64,000 bases of DNA, taken from an uncultured virus (IMG/VR IMGVR_UViG_3300009785_000018). Its lineage: Duplodnaviria > Heunggongvirae > Uroviricota > Caudoviricetes. Below the pieces are notes generated by a model, which saw nothing but the letters and a program-made list of their open reading frames with translations, made no database searches and was not told the origin of the DNA. This document shows, one piece after another, positions 46,916-56,921 of this stretch (position 1 is its first letter; the number at the start of each line of letters is the position of its first letter). Where the stretch lies: the IMG/VR virus record IMGVR_UViG_3300009785_000018; one strand, written 5' to 3'. A program made the translations under genes and the position numbers.

Positions 46916-46949
46916 ACTTTGATTACTGTAATAATTATTTTTTTTTAGT

Positions 46950-47480
46950 TTAAAATTGATTAATTCGTGGGTAAAGTGCCATTACATGTCTAGTGTTTTT
47001 ATTATAAAACAATATGTAATTTGGATATTTTACAGACACAATAGACCCTTTAGAATCAAAATCGTCGCAAAAAATCATGCTTTTAGTTCGATCAATTTTT
47101 TCAAACTGATTTAACATTTCTTCGGGGCAATCGGATCCGTCTAAAAAGATCAAATCATAGTCATTATCAATATGATTAAGAGCATTATCACAAATAAAAT
47201 TAACATTTGTAAGATTCATGCCTTCAAAAAGTTGTTTGCAGTTATCCAATGCATCTTGACTTATATCAAATATATCCAATTGACCGCCGAAACTCTCTAT
47301 ATATTCAAACCAAAAATAAGAGCTCCAACCATCTGAAGTTCTAGATGTGAAAGACACATCTCTAGCACAGCCTATTTCCATAATTTTTGCAGGACGACCG
47401 CTAAGAATCTTTTTTACATTCTCGAAGACATAGTCCCTAGGTGCTTCAGTAGATTTAAAGTATTGATAATATTTATTCAT
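46950..47480 (-). CDS. class I SAM-dependent methyltransferase
   Basis: IMEIGCAR, GWSS, DIS, DLIFLDG, DD...KG. Confidence 0.75.
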   Translation of the reverse strand: MNKYYQYFKSTEAPRDYVFENVKKILSGRPAKIMEIGCARDVSFTSRTSDGWSSYFWFEYIESFGGQLDIFDISQDALDNCKQLFEGMNLTNVNFICDNALNHIDNDYDLIFLDGSDCPEEMLNQFEKIDRTKSMIFCDDFDSKGSIVSVKYPNYILFYNKNTRHVMALYPRINQF

Positions 47481-47486
47481 ATTTTT

Positions 47487-47828
47487 TTAAGTTTTAAATT
47501 CAGTTTTGTTACTTTTTGGAAAAAACTTGTTTCTAAGCCTTTGTTTAGCATTATATCTCTCCATATTACAATTATCAACTTCTTTCGCTGTTGTTTCTCC
47601 ATAACGAGCTTTATCAACGGCAATAAAAGTTTTCTGATTAACTGTGACCATATTCTCATATTCTTTAGATAAAATTAAATCATCCCAAAGCTCTTTAGAG
47701 AGCTGATCCGATAAACAAGCAGAGCAATCAAGCCAAAGCTGTGTTTGACTTGGATTATTATTTTTTTTAACTTCCAATATTGCTAAATAATCAAAAGCGT
47801 ATCCTTCATCAACTTTTAAATTTATCAT
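47487..47828 (-). CDS. DUF6165-like protein
   Basis: VDEGYAFDYLAILEVK...N...N..R...K. Confidence 0.5.
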   Translation of the reverse strand: MINLKVDEGYAFDYLAILEVKKNNNPSQTQLWLDCSACLSDQLSKELWDDLILSKEYENMVTVNQKTFIAVDKARYGETTAKEVDNCNMERYNAKQRLRNKFFPKSNKTEFKT

Positions 47829-47841
47829 CGTTTTGAAAAAA

Positions 47842-48594
47842 TCATATTTTATTATATGTATGAGTTACACCAATATCAATATCAGTGTCATTATAATATT
47901 GCCAACCATAGTCCACCCATCCAAACAGGTGATGATTTTTAGATAAAGGAGAAAATTTATTTAAAGTTTCGTCAAACTGTCCAGAAGCTAAATCAATAAT
48001 TAATTTTTTATTTATGTGCGGATAACAATTGGCAATATTCATCATACCACTATTGACTCCAATAAAAATAGCAGAAGTAGAAATCTCTTCAACCGTCTGC
48101 CACATATCTAACCCACGAGCGTCATTTACTTGACAATCAACGTCATTAACCCCTCCAATTTGGACTATATAATAATTGGAATATCTTTCTTTAATTTTAT
48201 CAATTATATTTTTAGAAAGTGTTGTACGAGAACTGATACCTTGAGCGTGTAAACAAAGTTTGTTTTGACGCATATTTTTTGGATCTTCATTAAAATACAA
48301 TCTAGGAGACCTACAATAAATTTTTGGAAATTTTAAAACAGAGTTCATTAGCTCCGCTTTACTTAAGTAATCGCCAGAATCCCAAGATAAACTCCACAAA
48401 TCAAGAGTTTGACTTGCTTGAACATTTCTTTCAATATATGGGTTTTTATCAAGAGCCCAGCAATTACAAATATCAATTAACTTCCTGCCATAATTTTTAT
48501 AAAAATTTTCTGGAATGTGAGAAAATTGAACTTTATCTCCTATTCCTAAATAATCTCCTATTATTATCCCTAATTTATCGATAGGTAATTTCAT
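47842..48594 (-). CDS. GT9-like (heptosyltransferase-like) glycosyltransferase
   Basis: GIGD, VQIGG, FIGVNSG.M..A. Confidence 0.7.
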   Translation of the reverse strand: MKLPIDKLGIIIGDYLGIGDKVQFSHIPENFYKNYGRKLIDICNCWALDKNPYIERNVQASQTLDLWSLSWDSGDYLSKAELMNSVLKFPKIYCRSPRLYFNEDPKNMRQNKLCLHAQGISSRTTLSKNIIDKIKERYSNYYIVQIGGVNDVDCQVNDARGLDMWQTVEEISTSAIFIGVNSGMMNIANCYPHINKKLIIDLASGQFDETLNKFSPLSKNHHLFGWVDYGWQYYNDTDIDIGVTHTYNKI

Positions 48595-49413
48595 TTAAAA
48601 ATTAAATGTTTCTTTTATTGAGGTATTGTAAGGGAATATTGAAGAAACTCTATTTTCTAAAATATTTTTTAAACCAACTGCAAAGTAAGTAGGATCAGAA
48701 TAAAGAGGTAATCCACGCTCTTGAAATGGTAACCACCTTGCCTTAAACATCGGATGAGTCACTCCAACTTCATGGTAGTGGTCAGCAGTTTCCAATGTTG
48801 GAACACCATTCGCATAAGCCATATACTTAAAACCAGAATCTATAGTCAAAAAAGCTTTGGCAGACATAACAGTCATGCAAGCTTCTTCTATGTTAGAACA
48901 AACAATTTTAACTTTGCCTAAAACATCAGAATAACGCTCCTTTTCTTTTTCAGTACAAATAACAACTAGCTTGTGATCCTCATCATAAAGACGATTCACT
49001 AAATCGGTTATATATTCTTTTTTAAGATTTTTTGGTTCCCATAAATTATGAGTTAAGTGCAAGCAAACATAATCTTTTTTTTCTACATCAACTTCTGTCT
49101 TAGGAAAATAATAAAACCGACTTAACCAGTCAAAATCATAAGTAGTCCACTTCATCTTGTCTATATGAAGGTCATAAAAATAATCAAAATCATCCTCATT
49201 AACCTCGTTCCACAAACAATAAATGTCAGACATGTTTGGGTAAAAACGATTTAAAACATTTAATTGATAAGACTCTCCTCTATGATTATCAAAACCAAAA
49301 GTAATATGACAATCAGAATGATGCTCTCTAATGGCAGGAATAAATCTATTAGAAAGTAAACAATCACCTAATCCACCCTCACCCCGAACTAATATTTTAG
49401 ATCGTCTCATCAA
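48595..49413 (-). CDS. GT9-like (heptosyltransferase-like) glycosyltransferase
   Basis: GGLGD.LL, K.L, FLTIDSG..Y.AYA.GVPT. Confidence 0.75.
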   Translation of the reverse strand: MMRRSKILVRGEGGLGDCLLSNRFIPAIREHHSDCHITFGFDNHRGESYQLNVLNRFYPNMSDIYCLWNEVNEDDFDYFYDLHIDKMKWTTYDFDWLSRFYYFPKTEVDVEKKDYVCLHLTHNLWEPKNLKKEYITDLVNRLYDEDHKLVVICTEKEKERYSDVLGKVKIVCSNIEEACMTVMSAKAFLTIDSGFKYMAYANGVPTLETADHYHEVGVTHPMFKARWLPFQERGLPLYSDPTYFAVGLKNILENRVSSIFPYNTSIKETFNF

Positions 49414-50222
49414 GCAGAATCCATATGTAGAAAGTCTATATCTATTCCATGTTTGAAAACTTCTTTTTTTTCCAAGGTTTCAATATCCATTACTACATCC
49501 GCCTCTCCTTCTCCACAATTATCCCACTTTTCTTTCCAAAAGTCTTTGTTAATTTTTAGGCGATGATCAAAAGATACGTACCCCAAGTGCCAGACAAACG
49601 GCATTCTTTTTTTACAATATTCTAGATCAGTCCAGTCTCCAGTAGATTTGACAATATCGGCGGAAGGAACAAGATTGCCATCCTTATCAATCGCTTCGGT
49701 CGAATCGGACTTTGTTCTATCAAAACCTTCTGGTGTTTTGGCAAAATTAACAATCCCCCTATGAACGCCTTCCTTCAAACACATATACCATTTTTTACTG
49801 ATATCAGAATAAGTATAATAGCTTCCATATAAGTTGATTGATGGAATCATAAGAGCTTTGACGTTTTCTTTTGATTTTAATAAAGTCTCAGCCGCACCCC
49901 TCCATACATCGACTTTTCCGCCCATTCTTTCGTCGAGATCGAGCTGAACAACAATGTCATGAGTTGCTCCTTTATGTGCTTCATTTTCAATTTTTCCTTG
50001 CCAACCAACAACGTCTGTAGAATAATCAAGCTTAATAATTTTAATTTTAACTTTAGATTCATTTTTGATTTGATCCAGCAGTTCTTCTGTATTGTCTTCG
50101 CTCGGAATCGTAGCAATAACTATTTCATCAACATAGTAAGACCAATTTTTAATTGCGCTCTCAATGTCGAAGTCATTTTTAATAATATTGAATGCGGATG
50201 TAGCTAGTGATATTTTACTCAT
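49410..50222 (-). CDS. glycosyltransferase family 2 (GT-A)
   Basis: DEIVI..SEDNT, QLDLDE, WHLG. Confidence 0.75.
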   Translation of the reverse strand: MSKISLATSAFNIIKNDFDIESAIKNWSYYVDEIVIATIPSEDNTEELLDQIKNESKVKIKIIKLDYSTDVVGWQGKIENEAHKGATHDIVVQLDLDERMGGKVDVWRGAAETLLKSKENVKALMIPSINLYGSYYTYSDISKKWYMCLKEGVHRGIVNFAKTPEGFDRTKSDSTEAIDKDGNLVPSADIVKSTGDWTDLEYCKKRMPFVWHLGYVSFDHRLKINKDFWKEKWDNCGEGEADVVMDIETLEKKEVFKHGIDIDFLHMDSA

Positions 50223-51674
50223 TTATAATTTGCTTTTGTTTAGTGATGCATAATCTTCTAGATAATGGAAGGGAAAATCAATTTTATTTTGAGCTCTTGT
50301 TGTAGCGACGTAAAGTGCGTTGATTTCCTCAGATAATCTTGGGTAATCGTCAGTTTCTGATTCAATAATAGTACTCTCCGTTATAAAATCGTTTGCAAGT
50401 TCGACGGTATTGTATTCTAGCCCCTTGGCTTTATGAGTTGTAGAAAGAACGATGTCGGCCTCTTCTTTATTAATATTTCTTTTTCTTATTTCTTCAATAA
50501 CTTTAAAAACATTCCTTTTGTATTTTTCTACTAAAGAACATAAAATTTCTTGGTCATTATTGCCAACTTCCGAAAGAAAGTCTCTGTATTCCTCATAAGA
50601 ATCAAACTTTTTGAGGAACTTATTGCGAAGCTTAGCTTTGTTTCCAGACCACAAATTAAAGACGTCATAAATACCCACTCCATCGGCAAAGATATAATTA
50701 TTAATATTTCCCTCAAAGTGTATGGAGTCTCTAGTTTGAGAAACTACATCAGCGGCCTTTATTATTAGATTTACGTTTGATCGAGCAATATAAGCATGAC
50801 TATCTAGCTTGTTGCAATTTCCGATACCAGTTATTTTAAAGTCATCAACATCGATTCCAATATGCTTCTTGAGCTGAATAACTTGCATTGCAAGATTGGC
50901 TAAGTCTTGTCTAAAACGGAAAGAGTTTGTAAGCTTATGATTCTGATAGTTATCTGTTTCGTTAAATCTTAATAGAGCATTTTCAGCACCAATCCAAGAG
51001 TAAATTGCCTGAAACGCATCTCCAACTACTATTTTATTTGTGCTCTGTTTTGAGAACATATCAATTACGCAGGGATTTGTATCTTGTGATTCGTCTAAAA
51101 GAATATAGTCATAATCTAGGCTTGGTTCCATCTTCTGAAACTCTTTCAGATAAAAATTGTGGATAATCGGAATTTCTCCATCCTCCATTTTACCATAGAT
51201 ACTTTTAAAGCCATTTTGAATTTGTTCTAAATTTTCATGAGAGAAACTTGACTGAGAATAATTTAAATAGTCAAAGTCTTCTATCTCTAAAACACTTGAA
51301 TTGGTATAAGAATTCAAACAAGTTAAAATGTGTCCTGCGATTTTTGCATCAAAATTTTCAACTCCTCTTTTCTTTTTAATCTTTAATATGTTAATAACGT
51401 CGAAGACATCAAAAGATTTTGCCAATTCCCATTGATAAGCGTTTGTCCAACGATAAGCCAATGAGTGTGTATTCCTAATTTCTACGTTTTCTGGAAATTT
51501 AGACTCAGCACTGTCTCTGACAGACCTATTAAAACACAAGTAAAGAAATTTTTTATCTGGTCTTTTCTTGGCATATTCTACCAATGTAGAGGTCTTACCA
51601 CTTCCGCTAACAGCATCTACAATAATATTACCCTCTGACTCACAGATTTCATTCTGTTCTCTAGTTAGCTCCAT
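50223..51674 (-). CDS. UvrD-like SF1 helicase
   Basis: AVSGSGKT, DESQD, VGD..QAIY, SFRF, T.HKAKGLE, YVA.TRA. Confidence 0.9.
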   Translation of the reverse strand: MELTREQNEICESEGNIIVDAVSGSGKTSTLVEYAKKRPDKKFLYLCFNRSVRDSAESKFPENVEIRNTHSLAYRWTNAYQWELAKSFDVFDVINILKIKKKRGVENFDAKIAGHILTCLNSYTNSSVLEIEDFDYLNYSQSSFSHENLEQIQNGFKSIYGKMEDGEIPIIHNFYLKEFQKMEPSLDYDYILLDESQDTNPCVIDMFSKQSTNKIVVGDAFQAIYSWIGAENALLRFNETDNYQNHKLTNSFRFRQDLANLAMQVIQLKKHIGIDVDDFKITGIGNCNKLDSHAYIARSNVNLIIKAADVVSQTRDSIHFEGNINNYIFADGVGIYDVFNLWSGNKAKLRNKFLKKFDSYEEYRDFLSEVGNNDQEILCSLVEKYKRNVFKVIEEIRKRNINKEEADIVLSTTHKAKGLEYNTVELANDFITESTIIESETDDYPRLSEEINALYVATTRAQNKIDFPFHYLEDYASLNKSKL

Positions 51675-51691
51675 TGTATTATTTTAATAAG

Positions 51692-52054
51692 TTAATCTAA
51701 CCAGTTTTCAAGTGACTTTAGGACATATTTACCAACATCTTCTTCTGTTGGATTTTCTATACCATGCTGAATTAATTTATTTTTAAAATCCTCTGCATAT
51801 TCAAGCAAATATGAAACATCTCCGTTCTTATGTTCCTTAACTGGCGTTAGCCTGACTAATTCATCTTTATCAATTTGTTTAAAATCTAAAATCTCTTCTA
51901 GGTCACACAGATCATTCATAAAATAATCAATAAACACGTCTTCGTCGTCACCATATATTTCTAGAGCATCATTGTAGAACTCGTTTATCATAGACTGATA
52001 GAAATCTTTATGAGACTTAAGTTTTTTAATTTTTTCAATATCTATTACATTCAT
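51692..52054 (-). CDS. hypothetical protein
   Basis: 120-aa ORF. Confidence 0.7.
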   Translation of the reverse strand: MNVIDIEKIKKLKSHKDFYQSMINEFYNDALEIYGDDEDVFIDYFMNDLCDLEEILDFKQIDKDELVRLTPVKEHKNGDVSYLLEYAEDFKNKLIQHGIENPTEEDVGKYVLKSLENWLD

Positions 52055-52057
52055 ATT

Positions 52058-52405
52058 TTACTTTGTTTTTTCCAAAAATTCTTTAAATTCATCTTTAATT
52101 TTAACTTTTAAACTCATCAATGCTTTGTTTGAGTTTATTTCATAATCTTCCAATTGTATACCTCCATAAATTTCTCTATACTCTTCTGAGTATTTTTCTG
52201 GCTCTTTGTTTACTTCTAATGAAATCTCAATAATATCTTTAACTATTCTTTTTTTGTGGTCTATCCAAAAATCAAACATATTATCAAATGATTCGAGAGG
52301 ATCTTTTGTGTTCTTAATAGAAACAAAAAAAGCAATGATTCCAGAATCTACGGAAAATTGTTCGTAGAATGCGTCCTCAAAAAATAGGTGTGTTGTTTCT
52401 TTCAT
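52058..52405 (-). CDS. hypothetical protein
   Basis: 115-aa ORF. Confidence 0.7.
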   Translation of the reverse strand: MKETTHLFFEDAFYEQFSVDSGIIAFFVSIKNTKDPLESFDNMFDFWIDHKKRIVKDIIEISLEVNKEPEKYSEEYREIYGGIQLEDYEINSNKALMSLKVKIKDEFKEFLEKTK

Positions 52406-52445
52406 TAGTTACAATATACACTATTCTAAAACGTATGTCAAGTCT

Positions 52446-52632
52446 AATGTTCTGAGGAACGAGGAATATTAGTATTTTGAGTTTACGAAAAATACATTAA
52501 AAACAAGTCTTGGGTATTATATGAAATATAATACTTTTCTATCTATTTTATTATATCTATACTATATGGTTTAATATTATTAAACACTGGTTTACTCCTC
52601 ATTAAACCCCCTATTAATCTGCATTAAACCCC
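52446..52632. repeat. candidate iteron origin: ATTAAAC at 22-bp period, AT-rich stretch, two hairpins
   Basis: ATTAAAC at 52579, 52601, 52623 (CATTAAACCCC twice); hairpins TAATGTTCT/GGAATATTA and GTATTTT/AAAATAC. Confidence 0.55.
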
Positions 52633-52979
52633 TCCTTGAAGTCTTTTGTAGAATTAATTACCTTTAAAACTCTTATTTTGTCGTTCATAGAGTGTTGGCT
52701 GTCAATGCTTTTTATTTGTTTCTTGTTTCTTAAGTCTGAAAGCATTTTTGCTATAGAGCCCTTGCTAGTTGACATGATGGTTGCGAGATATGAGTTTGTT
52801 GCAAAACATCCTCCATATTTTCCAGCTTCTTTCGTCTCAGAAAGTGCATAAATAACACCGATTAATTTTTGCTCAGTATTTGTAAGGTCTGTATTCAGAC
52901 ATATACTTCTGGGTATCCAGATTCCTTTAAAAGAATCTCTCAGTGGTTTTTTTGGTATATTTTTAATATTTTTCTTCAT
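52614..52979 (-). CDS. winged-helix HTH protein (phage replication-initiator N-terminus-like)
   Basis: FKGIWIP...L...E...I..L...GCFATN.YLA......I...LS.L. Confidence 0.75.
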   Translation of the reverse strand: MKKNIKNIPKKPLRDSFKGIWIPRSICLNTDLTNTEQKLIGVIYALSETKEAGKYGGCFATNSYLATIMSTSKGSIAKMLSDLRNKKQIKSIDSQHSMNDKIRVLKVINSTKDFKEGFNAD

Positions 52980-53169
52980 TTATTCCGTATTTTTTCATCA
53001 TCTCTGCTATCACATCGGATTGTTGTCTAATCTTTTTTTGAGAAATTAGATGGTTTGATATTTTTTCTACTTGATGGGGGCTCAAATCTTCCCCGAATAC
53101 AATTGCAGATGAAATATTATCTAAATCTGATATTTCAAAACTTATAACTACTTGTCCTTTTATTTCCAT
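52963..53169 (-). CDS. hypothetical protein
   Basis: Start revised to ATG 53169, 7 nt after TTGACA-N17-TATATT. Confidence 0.65.
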   Translation of the reverse strand: MEIKGQVVISFEISDLDNISSAIVFGEDLSPHQVEKISNHLISQKKIRQQSDVIAEMMKKYGINEEKY

Positions 53170-53176
53170 ACTCAAC

Positions 53177-53251
53177 AATATACACCAAGGGGGGTTTAAT
53201 GTCAAGTAAACGTTTTAAATACTTGACATAATTTTTGATATAGTCTATATT
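53177..53251. promoter_or_regulatory. divergent sigma70-type promoter pair at the strand switch
   Basis: Minus TTGACA(53205)-17-TATATT; plus TTGACA(53223)-17-TATATT-8 nt-ATG(53260). Confidence 0.8.
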
Positions 53252-53259
53252 GCTTAAAT

Positions 53260-53691
53260 ATGATTATTAAAAATTCAAATCCTAAGGACGCTGTTGGAGT
53301 TAAAAAAGTTCCCATGTCAACAGTTTCAGCACCAGTACTAATGGAAATGGGACTCGCTATGCTAGAAGGAGATAGAAAGTATGGTAGACATAACTACAGA
53401 GTAATCGGAGTTAGGGCTTCGGTTTATTATGATGCCGCAATGAGGCACTTAATGGCTTGGTGGGAAGGAGAGGATATTGACCCAGATAGCGGGATATCAC
53501 ATATTGCTAAAGCCCTGTCTTGCCTTGCAGTTTTAAGAGATTCAATGATTAACGAGAAGTTTACAGATGATAGACCTCCGAAAATAAAGGACGGCTGGAT
53601 TAAAGAGTTAAACAAAAAGACTGCTGAAATTATTGAAAGATACCCAGACGGTAAAAATCCTCACACTCAGATTGATGAGTTAAAAAAATAG
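53260..53691 (+). CDS. dATP/dGTP diphosphohydrolase domain protein (DUF5664-like)
   Basis: NPKD..G..K, G..KYG..N, Y.DAA.RHL..W..GED.D.DSG..H.A, DDRP. Confidence 0.85.
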   Translation: MIIKNSNPKDAVGVKKVPMSTVSAPVLMEMGLAMLEGDRKYGRHNYRVIGVRASVYYDAAMRHLMAWWEGEDIDPDSGISHIAKALSCLAVLRDSMINEKFTDDRPPKIKDGWIKELNKKTAEIIERYPDGKNPHTQIDELKK

Positions 53692-53724
53692 TTGAATTAT
53701 TTTCAATTTAACAGATACTAGTTC

Positions 53725-54264
53725 ATGATTTCGGAGATATCTAAACTTTCAGACACAGAGCTGACATATAACATTAAAGAAAATATAGAGGTTTCTGGTT
53801 GCCTAGAAGAACTTCAGAACCGACACTCTGGTATATTCTATCAAAAGGCAAGGAAGTTTCATAGTATAATGGAAGTTAGGGATTTAGAAGAAAATCCTAT
53901 GACATTTTTTTACGAAGTAGCCAAAGAATATAAGGAGGAAAAAGGTCAGTTCAATACTTGGTTAGGTAACAAAACTTTTTGGACTTGCCATAACTACATG
54001 TCTCGCAGTAAAAAGACTTCAGAAATTAACGATTGGGACGGAAATGAGTATTTTAATTCTGATATAGAAGAGATTTATGAATACGTTAAAGAAAATATTT
54101 CTAACAAAGAAGACAGGTTTATCTTAATCAAAAGACTAGAAGGTCATACCTTAAAAGAGATTGAAACACTTTTTGATGGCAAATATAGTTATGAATGGGT
54201 TAGACAAAAATACAACCGCCAAATTGATAGGTTTAAGAAAATTTTAGTACAAGAGATTTATTAG
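53725..54264 (+). CDS. RNA polymerase sigma factor-like protein
   Basis: Region-2-like L..RH.G...F.TW; region-4 HTH TLKEI...SYEWVRQ. Confidence 0.7.
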   Translation: MISEISKLSDTELTYNIKENIEVSGCLEELQNRHSGIFYQKARKFHSIMEVRDLEENPMTFFYEVAKEYKEEKGQFNTWLGNKTFWTCHNYMSRSKKTSEINDWDGNEYFNSDIEEIYEYVKENISNKEDRFILIKRLEGHTLKEIETLFDGKYSYEWVRQKYNRQIDRFKKILVQEIY

Positions 54265-54295
54265 CAGAGAAATAATTATTTAAAAATAAAAAAAA

Positions 54296-55390
54296 ATGAC
54301 ACAATTAAATTTACAGCTTCCAATTAATCCAACGAGCCTAGGACAAGTTTCTACAAATATACTTTATGAACTTTTCCTAAAAAAACTAGAACCAAACATT
54401 TTTGTTATTGGAGGCGGAAATATATCTTCTTTTGATGGGCTTCTCTCTGAAGATTTTTCAAAATGGCTTCATCACTGTTGTAGTAAATCTATAACAGAAT
54501 TTAAATCAAGCGATCCAACTTTGAAGCTTTGGCACATTAATGGTAGTCATGAGACAATAGGAAAGAATAACTTTCTTTACTTTTTTCACGAGCTTGATCA
54601 GATGACAAAAACTGAAAAGAATGTTTTAAACAATTTTGAGAAAGTTTTTTCTCCATGCAATTTCACTGAAAATGTTGGAGAAGAATATGGGATAAAAAAT
54701 ATTTCTACTATTCCACTTGGATACAACTCTCTAGCATTTAAGCCTGTAGAAGTAGAGTCCTATCAAGATAATCCTACCGTTATTGCATTAGCTGGTAAAT
54801 TCGAACACCGCAAACGGACAGCTAAAATGATTAATTTATTGGCGAAAAATTGGGGAAATAATCCTAAGTTTAAAATTCATTTGCATGTTTTCAATCCGTT
54901 CTATGATCAACAAAACTCTGAAAAATGTAACGCCATAAATCTTCAGTTAATTCAACAGGCTTGCGAGGGAAATATCCCCGATAATTTTGTTTTAATGGGT
55001 CATTTTGAAAAGTTAACCGAACTAAACAAGTGTTATAATATAGCAGATATTGTGGTTGATGGTTCTGGTGGCGAAAGCTGGTCTCTACCATCCTTTCATA
55101 TGGCTGGACTTGGGAAAAAGGCTGTTGTTCATCTTAATTCTGGTATAAAAGAATGGGCAAACGAGAATAATTCTTGGATTGTAAATTCTAGTGGTAAAAT
55201 TTCTGCAGATGATGGAATATTCTTCAATAAGAACTCTCCCTTTAATGCTGGAAATATCTATGACTTCGAAGAAGAAGAGATGGTAAAACAAATAAACAAC
55301 GCTTTAAAATCAAAAAACAAAAAAAATGACTTGACAAATGAGTTTAGTTATGAGAAGATGGCTACTAAACTACTTGAGAATATCTTGTGA
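54296..55390 (+). CDS. glycosyltransferase family 4 (GT-B)
   Basis: GKFEHRK, YN.AD, GESWSLP. Confidence 0.8.
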   Translation: MTQLNLQLPINPTSLGQVSTNILYELFLKKLEPNIFVIGGGNISSFDGLLSEDFSKWLHHCCSKSITEFKSSDPTLKLWHINGSHETIGKNNFLYFFHELDQMTKTEKNVLNNFEKVFSPCNFTENVGEEYGIKNISTIPLGYNSLAFKPVEVESYQDNPTVIALAGKFEHRKRTAKMINLLAKNWGNNPKFKIHLHVFNPFYDQQNSEKCNAINLQLIQQACEGNIPDNFVLMGHFEKLTELNKCYNIADIVVDGSGGESWSLPSFHMAGLGKKAVVHLNSGIKEWANENNSWIVNSSGKISADDGIFFNKNSPFNAGNIYDFEEEEMVKQINNALKSKNKKNDLTNEFSYEKMATKLLENIL

Positions 55391-55422
55391 GTACATTAAT
55401 AAAATTAAAATTATAAAAAAAT

Positions 55423-55623
55423 ATGAAAAATACAGCAATAAAAGGAATCAAAACAAAAAGCAAAGGTCGTTTCAATACTGTTACTATTGGAAATAAAAGT
55501 GGCGAAGAAAGTTTTGTCGGTCGAATCAAGAGTGTTGGCAAATCGTATGTTACGTTTGATAAATACTCTGGAGAGCGTGGAGAAGTAAAGTATCACGTAA
55601 ATTCAGTTAGTAAAATCTCGTAA
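55423..55623 (+). CDS. hypothetical basic protein
   Basis: 66-aa ORF after TTGACA promoter at ~55331. Confidence 0.65.
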   Translation: MKNTAIKGIKTKSKGRFNTVTIGNKSGEESFVGRIKSVGKSYVTFDKYSGERGEVKYHVNSVSKIS

Positions 55624-55624
55624 C

Positions 55625-55765
55625 ATGAGAGGGAAAAGAGCTAAAGAATTAAGAGAAATGGCAGGCTTTTCGGTTAGCTATAACTCTGAAACAAAAAAAC
55701 TCAAGGAATATGTGTCCGCCAAGAGCCGATACAAATCATTAAAAAAAACATATAAAGAAATCTAA
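55625..55765 (+). CDS. small basic protein (46 aa, not in ORF track)
   Basis: MRGKRAKELR...YKSLKKTYKEI*. Confidence 0.55.
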   Translation: MRGKRAKELREMAGFSVSYNSETKKLKEYVSAKSRYKSLKKTYKEI

Positions 55766-56355
55766 TGTCAAAGAAAAAAACAGTAATTAAAAAAACACCC
55801 AAGGTCGAAAATAAAGACTCTGGCAATAAATCTTCTTCGAAGGAGAAGGTATCTTCACAAGTAAAAACTAAAGCTCCAAAGCCACAGTCGAATGCCTGTT
55901 TGATTAAAGTAAAGAAACTTCATGATAATGCAACTATCCCAGTTCGAGCCCACAAGACCGATGCTGGTTTGGATTTGTTTACCCTTGAAGGATTTCAAAT
56001 CCAAAGACAAGAAAGAAAGCTAGTATCAACTGGAATCGCAGTACAAATTCCTAAAGGTCATGTTGGTTTCGTCAAAGAAAAAAGCGGTCTGGCATCTCGT
56101 GGAATTGAAATTAATGCTGGAGTTATAGACGAGGGTTATACTGGAGAGTTAAAATTATTGATGGTTTATCCTGAAGGGTTTATGTTCGACGAAAGTGACA
56201 AAAGAATTATTCGCAATGGAAAGATTATGTTCGAAGCTGGAGATAAAATTGCTCAACTAGTAGTTTTGCCCGTAAACTCGTCTGGAGTTCTTGAAGTTAG
56301 TGATCTTGATGATAGTGATCGTGGTTCTAGTGGATTTGGAAGTTCAGGTGCTTAA
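55765..56355 (+). CDS. dut: dUTPase (trimeric)
   Basis: AGLDL, KSGLA, GVIDEGYTGE, IAQL, RG..GFGSSG. Confidence 0.95.
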   Translation: MSKKKTVIKKTPKVENKDSGNKSSSKEKVSSQVKTKAPKPQSNACLIKVKKLHDNATIPVRAHKTDAGLDLFTLEGFQIQRQERKLVSTGIAVQIPKGHVGFVKEKSGLASRGIEINAGVIDEGYTGELKLLMVYPEGFMFDESDKRIIRNGKIMFEAGDKIAQLVVLPVNSSGVLEVSDLDDSDRGSSGFGSSGA

Positions 56356-56585
56356 TAAAATTAATATATTCTTATATCGATTTAAGTTTTGGAGACTGTT
56401 CAAGGCCAAACTTGTCCGTCAGGAGAGTCAAGTCGATACTTCAGACATCGACAGTTATTCTATTGATCAAAACCTATTAATAGAGCAAAAGCTTTATAAG
56501 CTAAAACAAATCAGACATAAGATAGGTAATCAAACCTACAATAATAGAAAAAAACAGCTACAAAACGCTAAAATTATATAAAAAA

Positions 56586-56813
56586 ATGGCAAATTATATA
56601 CAAGCAATAAAATCAAAATTAATAGGACAACGAGATATTGAAATCGGTGACCTAGAAGTATATCTAAATAATCGCGTGGCTATTGGTGATCACGCTGATA
56701 TCGGGGTTGAAATTGAGAGAAAAATTCAAAATATTGATGGCTTCGACTCACAAATTGACACTATTGACCGATACTTTAATAATGAATCTGAAGAAGAAAA
56801 GCTAGAAACATAA
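56586..56813 (+). CDS. conserved phage hypothetical protein
   Basis: VYL.N.V.IGDH.DI. Confidence 0.7.
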   Translation: MANYIQAIKSKLIGQRDIEIGDLEVYLNNRVAIGDHADIGVEIERKIQNIDGFDSQIDTIDRYFNNESEEEKLET

Positions 56814-56832
56814 TAGTATTATTTTTACATCA

Positions 56833-56862
56833 GCTCGCCCTGCATAGTGGGGCGGGTTTTTT
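56833..56862 (+). terminator. intrinsic terminator
   Basis: GCTCGCCCT-loop-GGGGCGGGT followed by T run. Confidence 0.8.
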
Positions 56863-56921
56863 GTTGAAAAATATAAACATTGTTCTTATAATAAAAGAAG
56901 ATAAGTTTAAAAACGTTTAAT

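Noticed and set aside
53260..53691. DUF5664 gene as evidence of a Z-base (2-aminoadenine) genome
   Set aside because: No purZ or datZ in the window; this domain is widespread in ordinary phages
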